Positions 45,190-59,972 of a stretch of 64,000 nucleotides of DNA are shown piece by piece; the first letter of the stretch is position 1, and each line of letters starts with the position of its first letter. Where the stretch lies: the NCBI GenBank assembly GCA_964016885.1, contig OZ024749.1:48422001-48486000 (forward strand). The letters run 5' to 3'. The notes beneath the pieces are model-generated. The model saw only the letters and a program-made list of their open reading frames with translations. It was not told the DNA's origin and searched no databases. The position numbers and the translations under genes are program-made. Origin of the DNA: Eledone cirrhosa (Eukaryota).

Positions 45190-45600
45190 GGATGTTTGTG
45201 TGCTGATCTCTATGCCAGTCAATATGTTATATAATTCAAAATTTTGGGTTTTATCAGACAGGTAACGACGGAGGAAGAACGCTGGCATAAATATAGGCCA
45301 CGTAGAGCAATGAACTCTAAGAAAACATTATTTGCCGAATAATGTTTAGAACTATCATCATCATAATTATAAACTACAATAGAAAAAGTTGTGTTGTCAA
45401 GATCTTTTCATCAGTTAGTATGAGATGCTGTAGTCAATTAAAGCATGGGAAAACATGACGAGTAAGTGGTATTTAACTGAGATATGAAGTAGATCTTGTT
45501 AAATATGAACAGTGAAATCAGAGATCAGAAGAAGGAATGTTGTTATAACGAGAGTCTGAACCACCATGGGGGAGAATGAACTGGTGTATTTCTGTCACGG

Positions 45601-45657
<57 letters not shown>

Positions 45658-45671
45658 TATATACATATATT

Positions 45672-45704
<33 letters not shown>

Positions 45705-45931
45705 GCGTGTGTGTGTGTGTGTCTGTGTGTCTGATTGTGTGTGATTAAGTTGTTCACACAACAGCCACGTGGTTCCGCGTTCGAATATACTACACATGGT
45801 TTTCTAAAATAACCTCAATTCAGCCAGACTGTAGAGTGGGTGTTGATATACGTTTACTTTCTCCCTCTCTATCCTTCTCTCTCTCTTCCATTTCTCTCAC
45901 ACACACATACACACACACACAGACACACACA

Positions 45932-45987
<56 letters not shown>

Positions 45988-47545
45988 GATATAGATATGC
46001 GTGAAAGACTCTGTGAATCAATGTATAAGCATTAAAATGATGCTTTTTTTATGAAGGTCTTGATTATACCTTGTTGATGAAGCTGTAAATGTTGTTGTCA
46101 GAGATGAAAGTGATATCAACATTATTGATGAATCATAATACTGTTGATGTTGCAGATGATGCTCATTATCCTGTTACTAAAGATTATGATGATGATGTTG
46201 TTGTTGTTGTTGTTTATGTCTGAAAGTATTTAATTATCAGAAATTAGACATGACACATCTATTATCACCACTATTAATAGTGGTAATCACTATCGACGAT
46301 CATGCGCGTTATACTCTATACAAACATATTCAAATGAAACCTACCCAGAGGTGCATGAATATTTTACAATATTTTAAGTAATATACGGAATGGAAGAACA
46401 GTTCAATGCTTGCTGCCATTAGATATTATTACTCTTTTTCTTACTCATCTGCTGAAGTCCCTTTTCTGATAAAGAGTATTGCCTATGTTCATCTTAATCG
46501 CTCTCTTGTGCATGATTTATGGAGGTTTTGCATACGTGTATTCCTTCTATTTTCATATTACACACTAAATGCATACACCATTGCCAGGGGAATACAACTT
46601 GCAAAATAAATATAGATACATGTAAACATTTTCTGAGAAACATAGCTGCATTTCAGTTGATAAGTAATAAAATCTAACTTAAATAAGAATTTGTGAATGA
46701 ACGCTAATTTTACTTGCCAACGGTTCAGTCGATAACATCAAACAAAATAACTTCACATCGAAATCTATCACAATCACTGAGTTAGTACTTGTTGAATATA
46801 ACTTGACCCAATTGCCGTATCTGGTTCCATGTGGGTTATTTGAAAGAAGCGGATATATTTGAATATAATAAATCGCGACAAACTCTCGGTAATAATATTC
46901 AGTTACGGAACATTCGGGAAAAAAAAAAGATAATATTACACAGGTTTCATGTAGGAAAGAAAACGTTTTCTCGTCAATATTGTCAGCTACTCCCTGGGAT
47001 TACGATGTATTGTATATTTATATTCATGTCTCTAATAAACTGATCTTTATTTAACTTTGTTTTGAGAGCGTTTAAGAAAGGTCTGTTATTTTGTTACATA
47101 AGGTTTTGGAGGAAAACATATCTATTCACCCTGCTACAGAATGCAACGGTTTCCAATTTTCTTATATAATGACATATTAGATACGCTCTAGATATAGACA
47201 TATTTCGGTTGCATTACTACCAGGTGCTTGAATCGGTTAGCTAGAGCTTCTTGCAGAATGTATTTACTACGAATACTAAATACACATGTGTGTGTGTGTG
47301 TGTGTGTGTGTGGGTGTGCATGTGTATATGTAAGTGTATGTGTGGAACAGTGGGTACGATGCACACAGGTACAGAAAATGAAACGTATAATCGAATGTAT
47401 ATATATATATATATTAATAAAAACAATGAATAAAAACAAAAACATGTTCCTTAAAATAAAACATTCATCATTTTACGATCGTTTTTAGGATATATATGTG
47501 TGTTGGTATATATATCATATAGATATGTGTAAAATTTTACAAACT

Positions 47546-47731
<186 letters not shown>

Positions 47732-48205
47732 CTTTAGGCAATGAATGTTAAATGGTACCATGTAAATATTTCTAATATATCTTGCTAACAGAAGCTTTCT
47801 AAACATATATCTACTTGGCAGCCAAGTAGATATATGTTTGCACACCCACCCGCGGGAAACTTTGGTAAATATCTTCAGTTATTGGTTTTTCAAATCCTTC
47901 TCTGGTATTTGTGTATTGAGTGTTGTTAATAATTTGCTAAATATTGTTGAATTACTTTCACAATATATATTCGACGAAGCCATAAGATTCACATTTAAAC
48001 ATATATTTCTAGAATTATGATAAAATCAATAATCCCAGAAATAATAATTGCCCTTGTGTAGCTGTGTTTTAGCAGAACCGGCATAGCTTCAGGCAAAGTG
48101 CCTGGCGTTATATATTAATGTGTCATTCATTTTGAATCTGAAAGTCGACTTAGGATTATCATTTCATGAATTGATAAAATATCTACTAGAATAATATTAG
48201 AGCTG

Positions 48206-48465
48206 ATAATAAAGGTTTCTGATTATGTCACAAGGCCAACAATTTTGTGGGATTGGAAAGTCGTGTCAATTTACACCAGTGCATTGCTGCCGCCATTTTA
48301 TTGACCCCGTGGTGATGAAAGGCAAAGTCGACCTCTGCCACTGAAAACATCTAGTATCAGTAACGCACTGTGGTCGATTTAATCGGTTTTCCCCTCTCTT
48401 CAAATTACTCTCCAAAACCCCTTCAAATTGCTACTCTTGTGCCTATATCAGAAATTGTTATTATT
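48206..48465. mobile_element. Two degenerate Meta-domain-type SINE pieces in opposite orientation
   Basis: 48206-48339 minus (CACAAGGCCAAC..TTGACCCC..GATGAAAGGCAAAGTCGACCTC). About 48353-48465 plus (GGTCGATTTAATCG..CTTGTGCCTATATCAGAAATTGTTATTATT). Confidence 0.6.
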
Positions 48466-49541
48466 ACACTTGCTCTTGTTACTGTTGTTTGTTGTAAATG
48501 TGTCGGCAGTTTCTACAAGTTTCTACTGTATTACAAGGTGCAAACGCGTTGTAGTGCTGAATGTTTACCACTGTGTATTTATTTAATTTATTTTATTTTG
48601 CCTGGTGTATGAACTATATGTCAATGTCTTGAATTAGAGTTGTTTTGTTATGGAATTTAGCTTGCTGTTTCTACGGTTATTTTAGTTCTTGTTCTGTTAT
48701 GTAGAATTTATGTAATGTGAGGTCTGATATTTTATCGGATAGTTAATATATTCCTTATGGTCTGTGTAAACGTTGCAATTTGTCTCAGGGCTGGGGTAGG
48801 ATATGGTTGTTTAGGGTTTATATATACCGACTGTGTACAGTGTTGGTTGTATTATTGACGCTGAAGTGTCGAATATCAGCTGTTCTTTGATTCGAATGGT
48901 GTAAAGCCTCATGTTGAATTACATAGATTACGTATATAATGAATATTACCAATAAAGCCGATATCCACAAATGAATATAATATATGTGAGAAGTCATATG
49001 AAGCAGTGTTTCCCAAACTGTTTTTAGCGTAAATCCGACTTTAAACTCGAAATATTTCTGTAGCCAACGCAATAATTACAAAATTACTTACATTTTACAA
49101 AGAATATACCCAATGAATATACAGTTATGTTTATTTATTGCACACACACATTATCAAAAGCATCAGTAATAATAGCCAATGTCTGACAAATTAAAAATTA
49201 TTCAAACACTAAGTAATTAGTAAATGTTCATAATCTAAATATATTAAAGTTATTTACATTAATTTAAAGACTAGTAGTCTATGAAAGCTATTTGGACGAT
49301 TCAATAATCTTTCGCCCATACATTAGTAACAATTGTAAAATTCCTGTAGACCATCTGAAATTTGCCATGGCTCATTTTATCCATGTGGACATAGTTGGGA
49401 AATATTGGTTTAAAGGATATATTTAACCGCATTCATATGTTATGGTAGCACTGATGATTCTTTGATTTCTCATGAATACCTCTAGCAAACTTACTATGTA
49501 AACATTTGGTGAGATTCAGAGTTAAACCAGAATGCGTAACA

Positions 49542-49622
49542 TGTATATATATATATATATATATATATTCCCGACATCTGTATATATATATATATATAAA
49601 TATATATTCCACGATATCAGTA

Positions 49623-49654
<32 letters not shown>

Positions 49655-49700
49655 CAGATGTCGGCGAATATATATTTATATATATATATACAAATGTCGG

Positions 49701-49733
<33 letters not shown>
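49542..49733. repeat. Imperfect palindrome of 13-bp units interleaved with (TA)n
   Basis: TTCCCGACATCTG and TTCCACGATATCAG on the left, CAGATGTCGGCGAA and CAAATGTCGGGAA on the right, with mirrored TA spacers (TAAATATA/TATATTTA). Confidence 0.8.
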
Positions 49734-49739
<6 letters not shown>

Positions 49740-50314
49740 TTGTTTATGTTATCATATTTCGTTATATAGCTATAATGTTTTGTTATCATTGTGTCTATAA
49801 ATTGTTTAGACAAATAAAAAAGTGAACACTGAACTGGCAGAAAAACGATTGCTGTCAAAAATGCTTCACATTGCACATTGGTTTTGTACATGGCATCTTG
49901 TCAACTTATTGGCATAAACAGATTAATATTTTAACAGTGATGAATCTAGTTAAAAACACATGTAGCATCAAGTAATAAAATAGATAAAATAAAACTCCAT
50001 TTCAAATTGACATGAATAGAATGGCCAAAACAATATTCTGAATATTCTATTGTTTTTAGATTTAAATACTCTATATCATTTTTTGTTATTGTTGGCCTTT
50101 CCTGCATAAATCAACGTAGCGTAGCTGAAAAATGTTAACAAATGTTTTTGTCATATCCATTTTGTTATTGACACAGTGAAAACAAGAAATAACTAGGTTA
50201 GGTGCAAGTCAGAGAAATTTCATCTCAGTTGTTTTCTATTATATGTTCTATTGCATACTTTCTAATGTCGTTTATAATTAAGCTACTTAAGAATCAAGTA
50301 TTCTAAGAAAATTA

Positions 50315-50497
50315 AATAATATTGATTCTACATTTGGCACAAAGACAGCAATTACCCAGTACATTACTGGTTCTTTATGTTTAAGGATGAAAGGCAAAGT
50401 TAACCTCGGCGGGATTTGAACTTAGACTGTAAAGGAACGTAACTATGTTTGAAATCATGGCGTCCGACCCTTCTGCCGATACTGCCAATCCACCACC
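50315..50497 (-). mobile_element. Near full-length tRNA-derived Meta-domain-type SINE
   Basis: A-box-like TGGCAGTATCGG, B-box GTTCAAATCC, shared body. Candidate TSD TAAATAAT. Confidence 0.85.
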
Positions 50498-51281
50498 CTA
50501 AATAATAAACTAATATTGTCATTACATATGTTTCTACATGGAAGTTTTGGATATGTCCCTTACTCCCCCTCTCTATTGCTCTCTTATATGCCAGGTATTT
50601 AAAGTAGGTTGCTGAACCCTATTAGATCTCAATCTACATATATATGTATTAGTGGTTCAAATGAATTGTGTGTGTGTGTGTGTTTGAGTACGTGTGTGGG
50701 TGTGTGTACACGTGGATGTGTATATTTGAATGTACACTATTCCCATGTAGTTCCTGTAATTCTAGTATAATTTAAATAGTTTAGAATCAAAGGATAACTC
50801 AACTCTTGGACTTGTCCGTGCTACAGTTATTAAAAGTAAGTCAAAAACAAAATGAAATACCCATTTAGAAAGAGTTTTAAATAATGAGAAAATGTGTAAT
50901 AGAAATAAGAGTCGTAATATGTTTATATTTATATGTACATGTTATATGTTTGCTCTGTAAGTCTGCCTGCTTTTGTATGTTCAATTGATTACATCTGTAA
51001 CACAAGAATAGAATGATTTGAAGATGTACTGAACATGAGGAGACTGTAATTTCCTAAACACAACAGAGCATAAATTTAATCGTGTTGATTAAACTGAAAT
51101 TGTAATGTGTAGCACATTGTTACTAGTGATAATGCTATTGCAATTGGTATGTTTAAATTGTAACATTATTGCAAACGAAAATATCATTGGGGGAAAACGA
51201 AGACCAACAAAATATACAAGATAAAACACTGTACCAAAACGAATCGAAAGATTCAACAACATTGTTTTTATTCTTCGTAAC

Positions 51282-51404
51282 CTTGCAACACTTCCTGCGT
51301 TGTATTTGTTATACGGAGGCGGTGATTGCTCCGGTAATGAGTGGGTAATTTGAACTTGAACAGAACCAATCGGAACATGGCAGCCATAGAAATCATAATT
51401 CATA
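51282..51404 (-). CDS. Candidate isolated 123-bp internal coding exon of an unidentified host gene
   Basis: Strong acceptor (long T run + CAG at 51407-51405), locally higher GC, one open frame MNYDFYGCHVPIGSVQVQITHSLPEQSPPPYNKYNAGSVA, possible donor AAG/GTTACG, length divisible by 3. No homolog recognised. Confidence 0.3.
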
Positions 51405-51533
51405 CTGAAAAAAAAAATGTAATTTCTAGAAAATAGCTAAAAATACAGAAATTTGTTTGGAAAGTACTTTTCTGCTGTTACTGAAGGTCTTCTTTATTTC
51501 CTTTCTAATTCTTCTCAGAATAATTATGTTTCC

Positions 51534-51759
<226 letters not shown>

Positions 51760-51879
51760 CACTACGACATTTCTTTCGAATTTCAAATTTACTTTCTGAT
51801 TCTGTTTAAGATAATTTTTTCAATTTCGCATTATTTTCATAAACAACGGGATGATTTTCCTCATCATCCATCTAAATAT

Positions 51880-52297
51880 TATGGTTCGTGGCATAGAGTT
51901 ACGGCTCTCTATGCTCTGAGTTCAAATCCTGCCAGGATTAACATTTTCTTTCATTCTTACGGTGTCGATTAACAAAACACCAGTAATGCACAGGGTTTCA
52001 CTTAATAGACAAACCCCTTTCCCCACCAAATTGTTGGCCTTGTGCTTGAATTAGAAAACATTGTCATTATCATTCACGTTTTGACTTAGTCCTTCCCTTC
52101 AAATCACTGGCCTTGTGCCAAAAATAGATACAATTAATATGTCCCTGCTTCTTTAAAGAGTTATGGCCCTTTATAGGCTGAGTTCAAATCCCGCCGAGGT
52201 TAACGTTGCCTTTCATCCTTACGGGGTCGATAAAATAAAGTACCAGTATTACACTGGGATAATTGCTGGCCTTGCGCCAAAAGTAGATATTATTAAT
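51880..52297 (+). mobile_element. Cluster of three same-strand Meta-domain-type SINE copies (51880-52070, 52075-52140 partial, 52158-52297)
   Basis: GAGTTCAAATCC B-boxes, CCTTTCATCCTTACGGGGTCGATAAAATAAAGTACCAG, three GGCCTTGYGC ends. Confidence 0.85.
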
Positions 52298-52837
52298 TTG
52301 ATTCTTTTATGAGTTTTAATATTTATGTTGTTGGGGAATTATTATGACATATTGGGTGAAGACAGTAGATGATCTTGCAGTAGAAAATAAATGAATACAA
52401 ATTGCAGATATCTGATAAACACAGAAATTGTCAGAAGGTTTCATACAAAGTACACTCCACTAAACAGCGCAATAATCTCATAGTGATGTTAAACAGAATA
52501 TGTTCGTAGATCCGAGACAGACAATACATTAAAATCATCCGAAATTATTGTACTTTAGAGAAATACATTGGAAGTAACATGTTGCTTAAGAAATTGGAAT
52601 ATTAATGAAGATTCCAGTAAATATATCATATTTTCCATTTATATTCATAAAATATTTGGAAGCATAAAACTTACACTACATTAATTTCTGAGGGAAAGGA
52701 AAACTCAATACCCAAAATAGAGTTCGAATAATCATTTTATTAAAACTGTACTTCCATTGAGATATTTGGTGATCCTGTGATAGTCAGGCAAAGCTCCAGA
52801 GTAAAAAGATACAAAATTCAGCCTTAATAACTTGAAC

Positions 52838-53097
<260 letters not shown>

Positions 53098-53154
53098 TAA
53101 GTATATATATATATATATATATAGTTGTGTATAATGGTAGCTATAGTGCTTCCA

Positions 53155-53229
<75 letters not shown>

Positions 53230-54014
53230 TGTGTTTGTGTGTGCTTGTGTGTGTATCTGTGTATCTACGAGCGAGGTTAAGAATTGACGCATTTATTTGC
53301 TTTGAAAATGAGATTAAAGAGTGCCCCAGAAGCGATCTAATTACAAGCGAGATTATTAGAAGTAAGTGCAGTCTTTGAATATATACGTAATATATTGAAA
53401 CTATATTGATTTCCCATAGTTTCAAATGTATGTCATCATCAGAAATACCATTTGTGATGTTCTTCAATATATGTCATCCATTTCTTGCGTAATCCCTCTG
53501 ATTATATAGTAATCTAACTAATGGAATTTGTAGCTTAAGTAACGATAGCAAACTTCAATAATTCCATCATCCTGTCATTATAAACATACACACACACATA
53601 CACACACACACACACGCTCATATATATATATACATTTGATGTGAATAGCACATCAAGCTTTAAAGCACCCTGATATAACACTATATATATTTATATATAT
53701 ATATATTGATATGTGTCATCTCGCGCGGATCTGTGTGCATCGTATTATAAGGAATCGAAGCCAATATACTTGATGATTATAACAATATTGAGTCGTCTTA
53801 AGTAGATTAGAAGTGTATTTAACCTTGTTTAATGAGAAACCAATTGATTTCAGGTTAAGAAATAGTACCTACAATAACCTATCTTTAGTTAACCATATGC
53901 AGATGAATATATGTGAGCTCACGTAAATTTATGACCTTCAGATATTGTTGTCAAATATTTATTTATTTGAATCTTTCAGGCAGCTCTTATAATTTCCTTA
54001 ACATCGCAAGTAAT

Positions 54015-54110
54015 ATGATGATTTCAAATTCAGACACAAGGCCAACAATTTGAGGAGGGAGAATGTCGATTACAATGATGAATTGCAATGTTGACCTCGT
54101 CGATATATCA
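54015..54110 (-). mobile_element. Degenerate SINE fragment
   Basis: CACAAGGCCAACAATTTG..GTCGATTACA..GATGAA..GCAATGTTGACCTCG matches the family body. Confidence 0.5.
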
Positions 54111-57100
54111 ACAAAAAGATGGTACTGAACAGTAAGTAGGTGGTACGAGATATTTTCCCTGACACACCGATAATTGGGAGTAATTTGGAAAATACAACTT
54201 TAGTATTATTTGCCTAAACATCAACGACATGCATCTCTCACAGTTCTCTCTCCCTCTCTATCTCCGAATTTTCCTGTCTCGTTCTCTTTCTATGCATCTG
54301 CTTTGTCACACCCTCTTGCTCATAATATTTTTGTATGTGGCCTTAACTTAACATCTATCAGATTCGAAGTTTTATATTCCAGAATTTCGCTCAACGAAGG
54401 AGCTTCATTGTTAACATAATGAGAAAATAGTCTACTATTCCACAAATGTGTAGCTTAAATGTATTTTTCAAGAAAAATATGTGTGACTGCCGGATCTTTC
54501 GGTTAGAGATACATCTTATCTGAAGGTCTTCGAAACATGTCCGTCTATAAAGATTAGCTGCTAAGTCTTAGTTCCATATAATGACCCTGTCATATGATTA
54601 CATTTTGCAGGAGGCGTTATGAATGTAAAGAGGAAATCCTAATAATGTGTTCGGGCTGCATACCATCTTTACATACAATAACTAAAATCTTCTAAATATT
54701 CATATATTGACATTTGAGATAAAACACATATGCCTATAGTTGTGTACACTATTTCTTGTCTTATTATGATTGAGAGAATGTAACATTTCCAAACACATCT
54801 CTTCACTTTTATCATAATGATCACTGTTACTGTTAGTGTCGTCAATTCAACTAACGTAAAACCTAGCGTTTCTGAATCAATATTGAATTACTAAAGAGGA
54901 AAAATTAAAAGAAGAAAAATAATTTTTAAATAAATAAAATATAACGACATACGTTTATCTTCAATTATCTGTAGGAGGCCTCTGATTTATAATTATATTG
55001 TCAAATTCTTAAACAGAAAATATCAATGAGGCTTTCATCAGTCAATTATTTGGACATACTGGAAATCATGATTTTTGTTTTCCTTTTCCCCAGCATTTTT
55101 GTTTCTGTATTTTAATTTTCCTAAATTATCTTAAAGTATTCAATAAGAATTATTACTTAGATTCCTCACCGCTACATACTGTGATGTTGTTTTATATTTT
55201 GCTTTTATATCTTAATAATATATATTTGATGAAATAATTATTACGCTATAGAAATTATACAGAACAAACAACTGACATGTAATGTCAAAGTTGATCTGTC
55301 GTTTTATATTAAGAAGTATTATAGAACTTCTGAGAGGTTAACAGCGATATCTTCTTATTATCTTGTTATATGTTTTTAATAATACTTTTTAAGTATGAGT
55401 GTAAACAGAGCTTTGTAATTATCTGTTACTTTATTTTAATCTGTATTTTGAAAAGAAGGCTGGCGTTTGTATTGTCTATTAAAGAAATGTGGAAATAATG
55501 GTTGATTTCAAAATTTATTATAACTTAATTTAGTTAATGCATCATTTTTGGCATAAAAGGTTAATATTTCATTGAAATATAATAATGGGATGTGAAGTTC
55601 AGAAGGTTACTTTCTCCACAATAGAGACCACAATTCTATGTCGTTTCTCAGTCTCATTTTGGATGAAAATGTACGATGTTCTCATGGTATCTAGGTGTTA
55701 ATTGATTTAACGAATCTATGAAGAATATCGTAATAATTCCCACACTGCGTCATATACTTTCAGACGTATTGTACTAAAGACTAGTTTTTCTATAAGACTT
55801 TACTTACGAAATTAGGGTGTGATGCTACGAAAATATTATAAGCACTTGTGATTTTCTTTTGTGCACAATGAGAATAGGACATCTTATTTTATCGGTTAAA
55901 CCCTAATCCAAAAATCTTCTGTATCATATTTCTTTTCATATGCAGTTTCTATTATATCGATTAAAAGTATGATTGCTTCAATTCGAGGATTATGTAATTT
56001 TAATATAAATATAAGTGTGGTCAATGCTTCTCAGTATCTTGCTTAACAACACTGAAAACAATCTTAATCGATAAATCACTAAATCCCATTTCGCTGGTGG
56101 GCCATGCTTAATGAAACTTCATCTTAACATTTAAAATGACGTAACAGATACCAAAATACCATAAATATGCATATTGGAGCTATTACATAATAACGGAAAT
56201 GAGGTGAAGTATATCATCATGGCCAACAACTTTATTATATATATATATATATAATGTAGCTCTGTAACTTACATAGGGCACTCTTCACTCCTATGACTTT
56301 TTCAATTTTCAACGGAAACTTCAATATATATATATATATATATTTGAATTCTGTTGTAACAATATCTACCGTTACCTATGTGGAAATTAGTACCTGTTAT
56401 TGTAGGCCTTCACAGTATCATTTAAATTAAAGGTCTGGACGTTCCACTATGTACAAATAGATATACGATGTCTACGTGGTAATAATATATGTCTATGTAT
56501 AACCTTTTTAGCTAACTGCATATCTGCAAGAAGTCTTAGAACTTTTAAATGACTTTTACATTTATAGAAATATATAATATACATAAATATAAACATGAAG
56601 AAATATATTTCTATATATCTACCTTACTCTCTCTCTCCTGCTATATATATATATTATATATATATATATACATATAATATATAGATTCATATACATACAC
56701 TCATATATGTAAATGTCTGTTTGTGTGGTGTGTGAGCGTTTGTCAGTGGGGCGTATGGGCTTGTATGTCTGGATTTATGTAAATATAAACATTTCTACGT
56801 ACGATAATGAGAAATGAGGAAGAGGTAAAAATAATGGTAGAAACGCTTCTAGATTTACGTAACATAAATAAATATAATACCAGTGGAATCAAAGGTACAC
56901 GGATATAATTATTTCAATGCACAATATACATAAATCTACCATATAGACATCAACAAGCAAAATGACACGCTTGTACACACATAGAAACCTTCACGCGTTT
57001 ATATGTGAGTCTGTTAGAAGCACACTCAAACGATCATATAGTAAATGCCTGTGATTCTTTATTTTACCACATAAATATCAGTTTATGATTGTACCAGCTC

Positions 57101-57180
57101 AAAAGTAAAAATCTCAGAGGATATATAAATATATATATATATAAAGGTTATCATATACATAAAGTTAAAGATATATATAT

Positions 57181-57331
57181 GTTGCAACTGTTCACTTTTA
57201 AGCTCTATGAAGAATTAATAAATTAAAATAAAAAAACAGAGCATTATATCATAAATCATGTCTTTAGAATCATCAGATATTAAAATTTAATAGTATATAT
57301 TTAAATATCTGATGATTCTAAAGACATGATT

Positions 57332-57337
<6 letters not shown>
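57181..57337 (-). mobile_element. (TA)n-embedded fold-back element G
   Basis: Perfect 31-bp arms 57251-57281 and 57304-57334 containing CTGATGATTCTAAAGA (family D-like hammerhead 5' half). Tail GTTCACTTTTAAGC resembles family B GTTCACTTGAAGC. Confidence 0.65.
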
Positions 57338-57403
<66 letters not shown>

Positions 57404-57589
57404 GGTGGGGATGCGTGCGGGTGCGTGCGTGTATGTGTGTATACATACATATATTAAGTATTTGTATGCGTATTGGAGGAGATATAACACTACCTGTATA
57501 TATGTGTCTGTGAGTGTGGCTGAGTGTGGCAAAATGTTAGATGCGCGTGGTTCCTTGTTTTCGTTTGTTTGAACACGATTTTGCAGAAT

Positions 57590-57729
57590 GAAGAAGTGCA
57601 TCACAGACAGGCTAGCAGCAACTTCATTTGCGCAATTCTTTCTGAACAAAGGAACTATTGAGCAAGAAGCATGCTAGGGATTGATATAAAGAAATTGAAA
57701 AAAAATATAAATATATACATACATATATG

Positions 57730-57796
<67 letters not shown>

Positions 57797-58120
57797 CTGA
57801 GTATATATATATTGAACAAACTCCAATCAGTTAGGAAAACAAAGATGATTTCATCACAAAAGATATTTAGGTTATTCAGGTCAGTTGTGATCTCAACAAC
57901 AACCTGTGGTGCTGACACATGAGGGAGTACCGTCAGAACTGAAAAACAGCTTCATAGTTTCCTACACAAATTCCTAAAGTTCCTGGGCATTAGATGGAAA
58001 ATAAGTAGACAACAAATGGAGATAGGTTTTGAAGAACCAATGCCTCACATGTGAGTCTTGTCATTAAAAGCACATGAATGCAGCTGACAGGGCACGACCT
58101 ATGAAATGTGGATAATCTAC
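57590..58120 (+). mobile_element. Degenerate RTE-clade LINE fragment (RT end/thumb), interrupted by (TA)n
   Basis: From 57812: LNKLQSVRKTKMISSQKIFRLFRSVVISTTTCGADT*GSTVRTEKQLHSFLHKFLKFLGIRW...QLTGHDL resembles RTE FxKLxxIWK..KLRLFxSxVxSxLLYGAETW..LxxFxxKCLRRILGIxW..WxGHxxR. Similarity upstream of the TA tract is weaker. Confidence 0.7.
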
Positions 58121-58967
58121 ATGAAAGAACTGGTGGGAAAAAACATAGGCTAGGTCAATTTATGGAAAGGCAATAATAAGTAATTCATGTGTTTTACTGT
58201 TTTAATCGTCGCTTGACGTGTGCGTCATATATTTTCACGAAACATTATTTCAAATTTTATCGTGTTTTTTTAATGTGAATCATAGTAAGATGTGTCTAAA
58301 CCAAAGTTTAGATATTATTTACAGACTATGTATTATCCAAGTAAATATGAATTGGTATTGCATTTAAGCTGTATAATGTATAGAAGCAAAATCCATTATT
58401 TCTTCAAAGTTGCAATATACATTATCATTTGCGAGAAATATATGCTGCACATTTGAAATTACATTAAATTTATATTTTCAATTTCATATTAAAAAAAAAC
58501 ATGCATATATACATGTCTGCGAATACATATATATTTTACGTAGTAGAGACTATAATTTCCAGGGAATAAGTATTAAATTATATATTTCGTATGAAAATAA
58601 TTGGGTAATATATATGCGCTAAAGAAACCAGATCTGCCCAACGCAGATGTTTAGCATCTAAGAATTTAACTGGGTATATGAAAGGGTGTATTGTTGGTTC
58701 AATAATGTTTGGAGTAGTCGAAAGAGAACGACATAGGATGCGATTTTTTTCAGAAAGTCAAACAATGCTGCACCATGTCTGTTCAACATCTAACAGTAAT
58801 AGTAAACTTTTTACGTATTTCAATATGAAATAAATATAGTAACACATAAATATCGTGATTAACAAACAAATAGTTGGATAATAAACTATATATACTTACA
58901 AATACGCGTAATTATACACACACACACACACACACATACACACCCATACACACACATACACACACAT

Positions 58968-59066
<99 letters not shown>

Positions 59067-59075
59067 GGTATGTAA

Positions 59076-59163
<88 letters not shown>

Positions 59164-59870
59164 CTGTGTGCGCGTGTGTGTGGTGGGTGTGAAAGTGTAT
59201 GTGTGGGTGTGTGTGTGTGTAGTGGAAAATCTGGTATGAGAAACAATGAATGTAAGAAAGATCTTCAACATCTTCAACAAAGTGTGTCTTTCATTAGTAG
59301 TGACAGACGAGCAGGAAAAAAATTGAGGCGACCACCACACATGTAAGTGTATATAACCTACATGTAAGAAATTAATGAAATTACGTTTATTAATATTGAA
59401 ATAGATATGAATTTTATAGAGCCATGTTTTGATTGCTAATTCAATCGATTCTATGTTTCTAATCTCTGACACTCACACACCATTTAACACATAAAAGCTG
59501 TATGTCTAATATATATACAGTTATTAATATTATTAACAAGTTCTATTCATAATTTATATATGTGCTTAAATATTAAATTATCTGATTTTAGAACCCCTTC
59601 CCTGTATTGTGTTCTACTTAAATACCAAAGGATATCCTGATAAATATTTTATGTTATAGACATACGCAACCACAAACATACACGCAAACAACCACACACA
59701 TATGCACACTCAGACAGTCACTCGCGTAAACACTCACACATATATACATATAAATGTCAGTGTGTGTTTCATAGTGTGTATATGATACTATGTTTTTAAG
59801 TATGCATATATTTCAATATGTAAATATTCATCATATATAGATGCCCGAGGCCGATAAGAACATATAGATT

Positions 59871-59972
<102 letters not shown>

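Noticed and set aside
53405-53452. Minus-strand CTGATGA..GAAA motif
   Set aside because: Lacks the NUH triplet in register.
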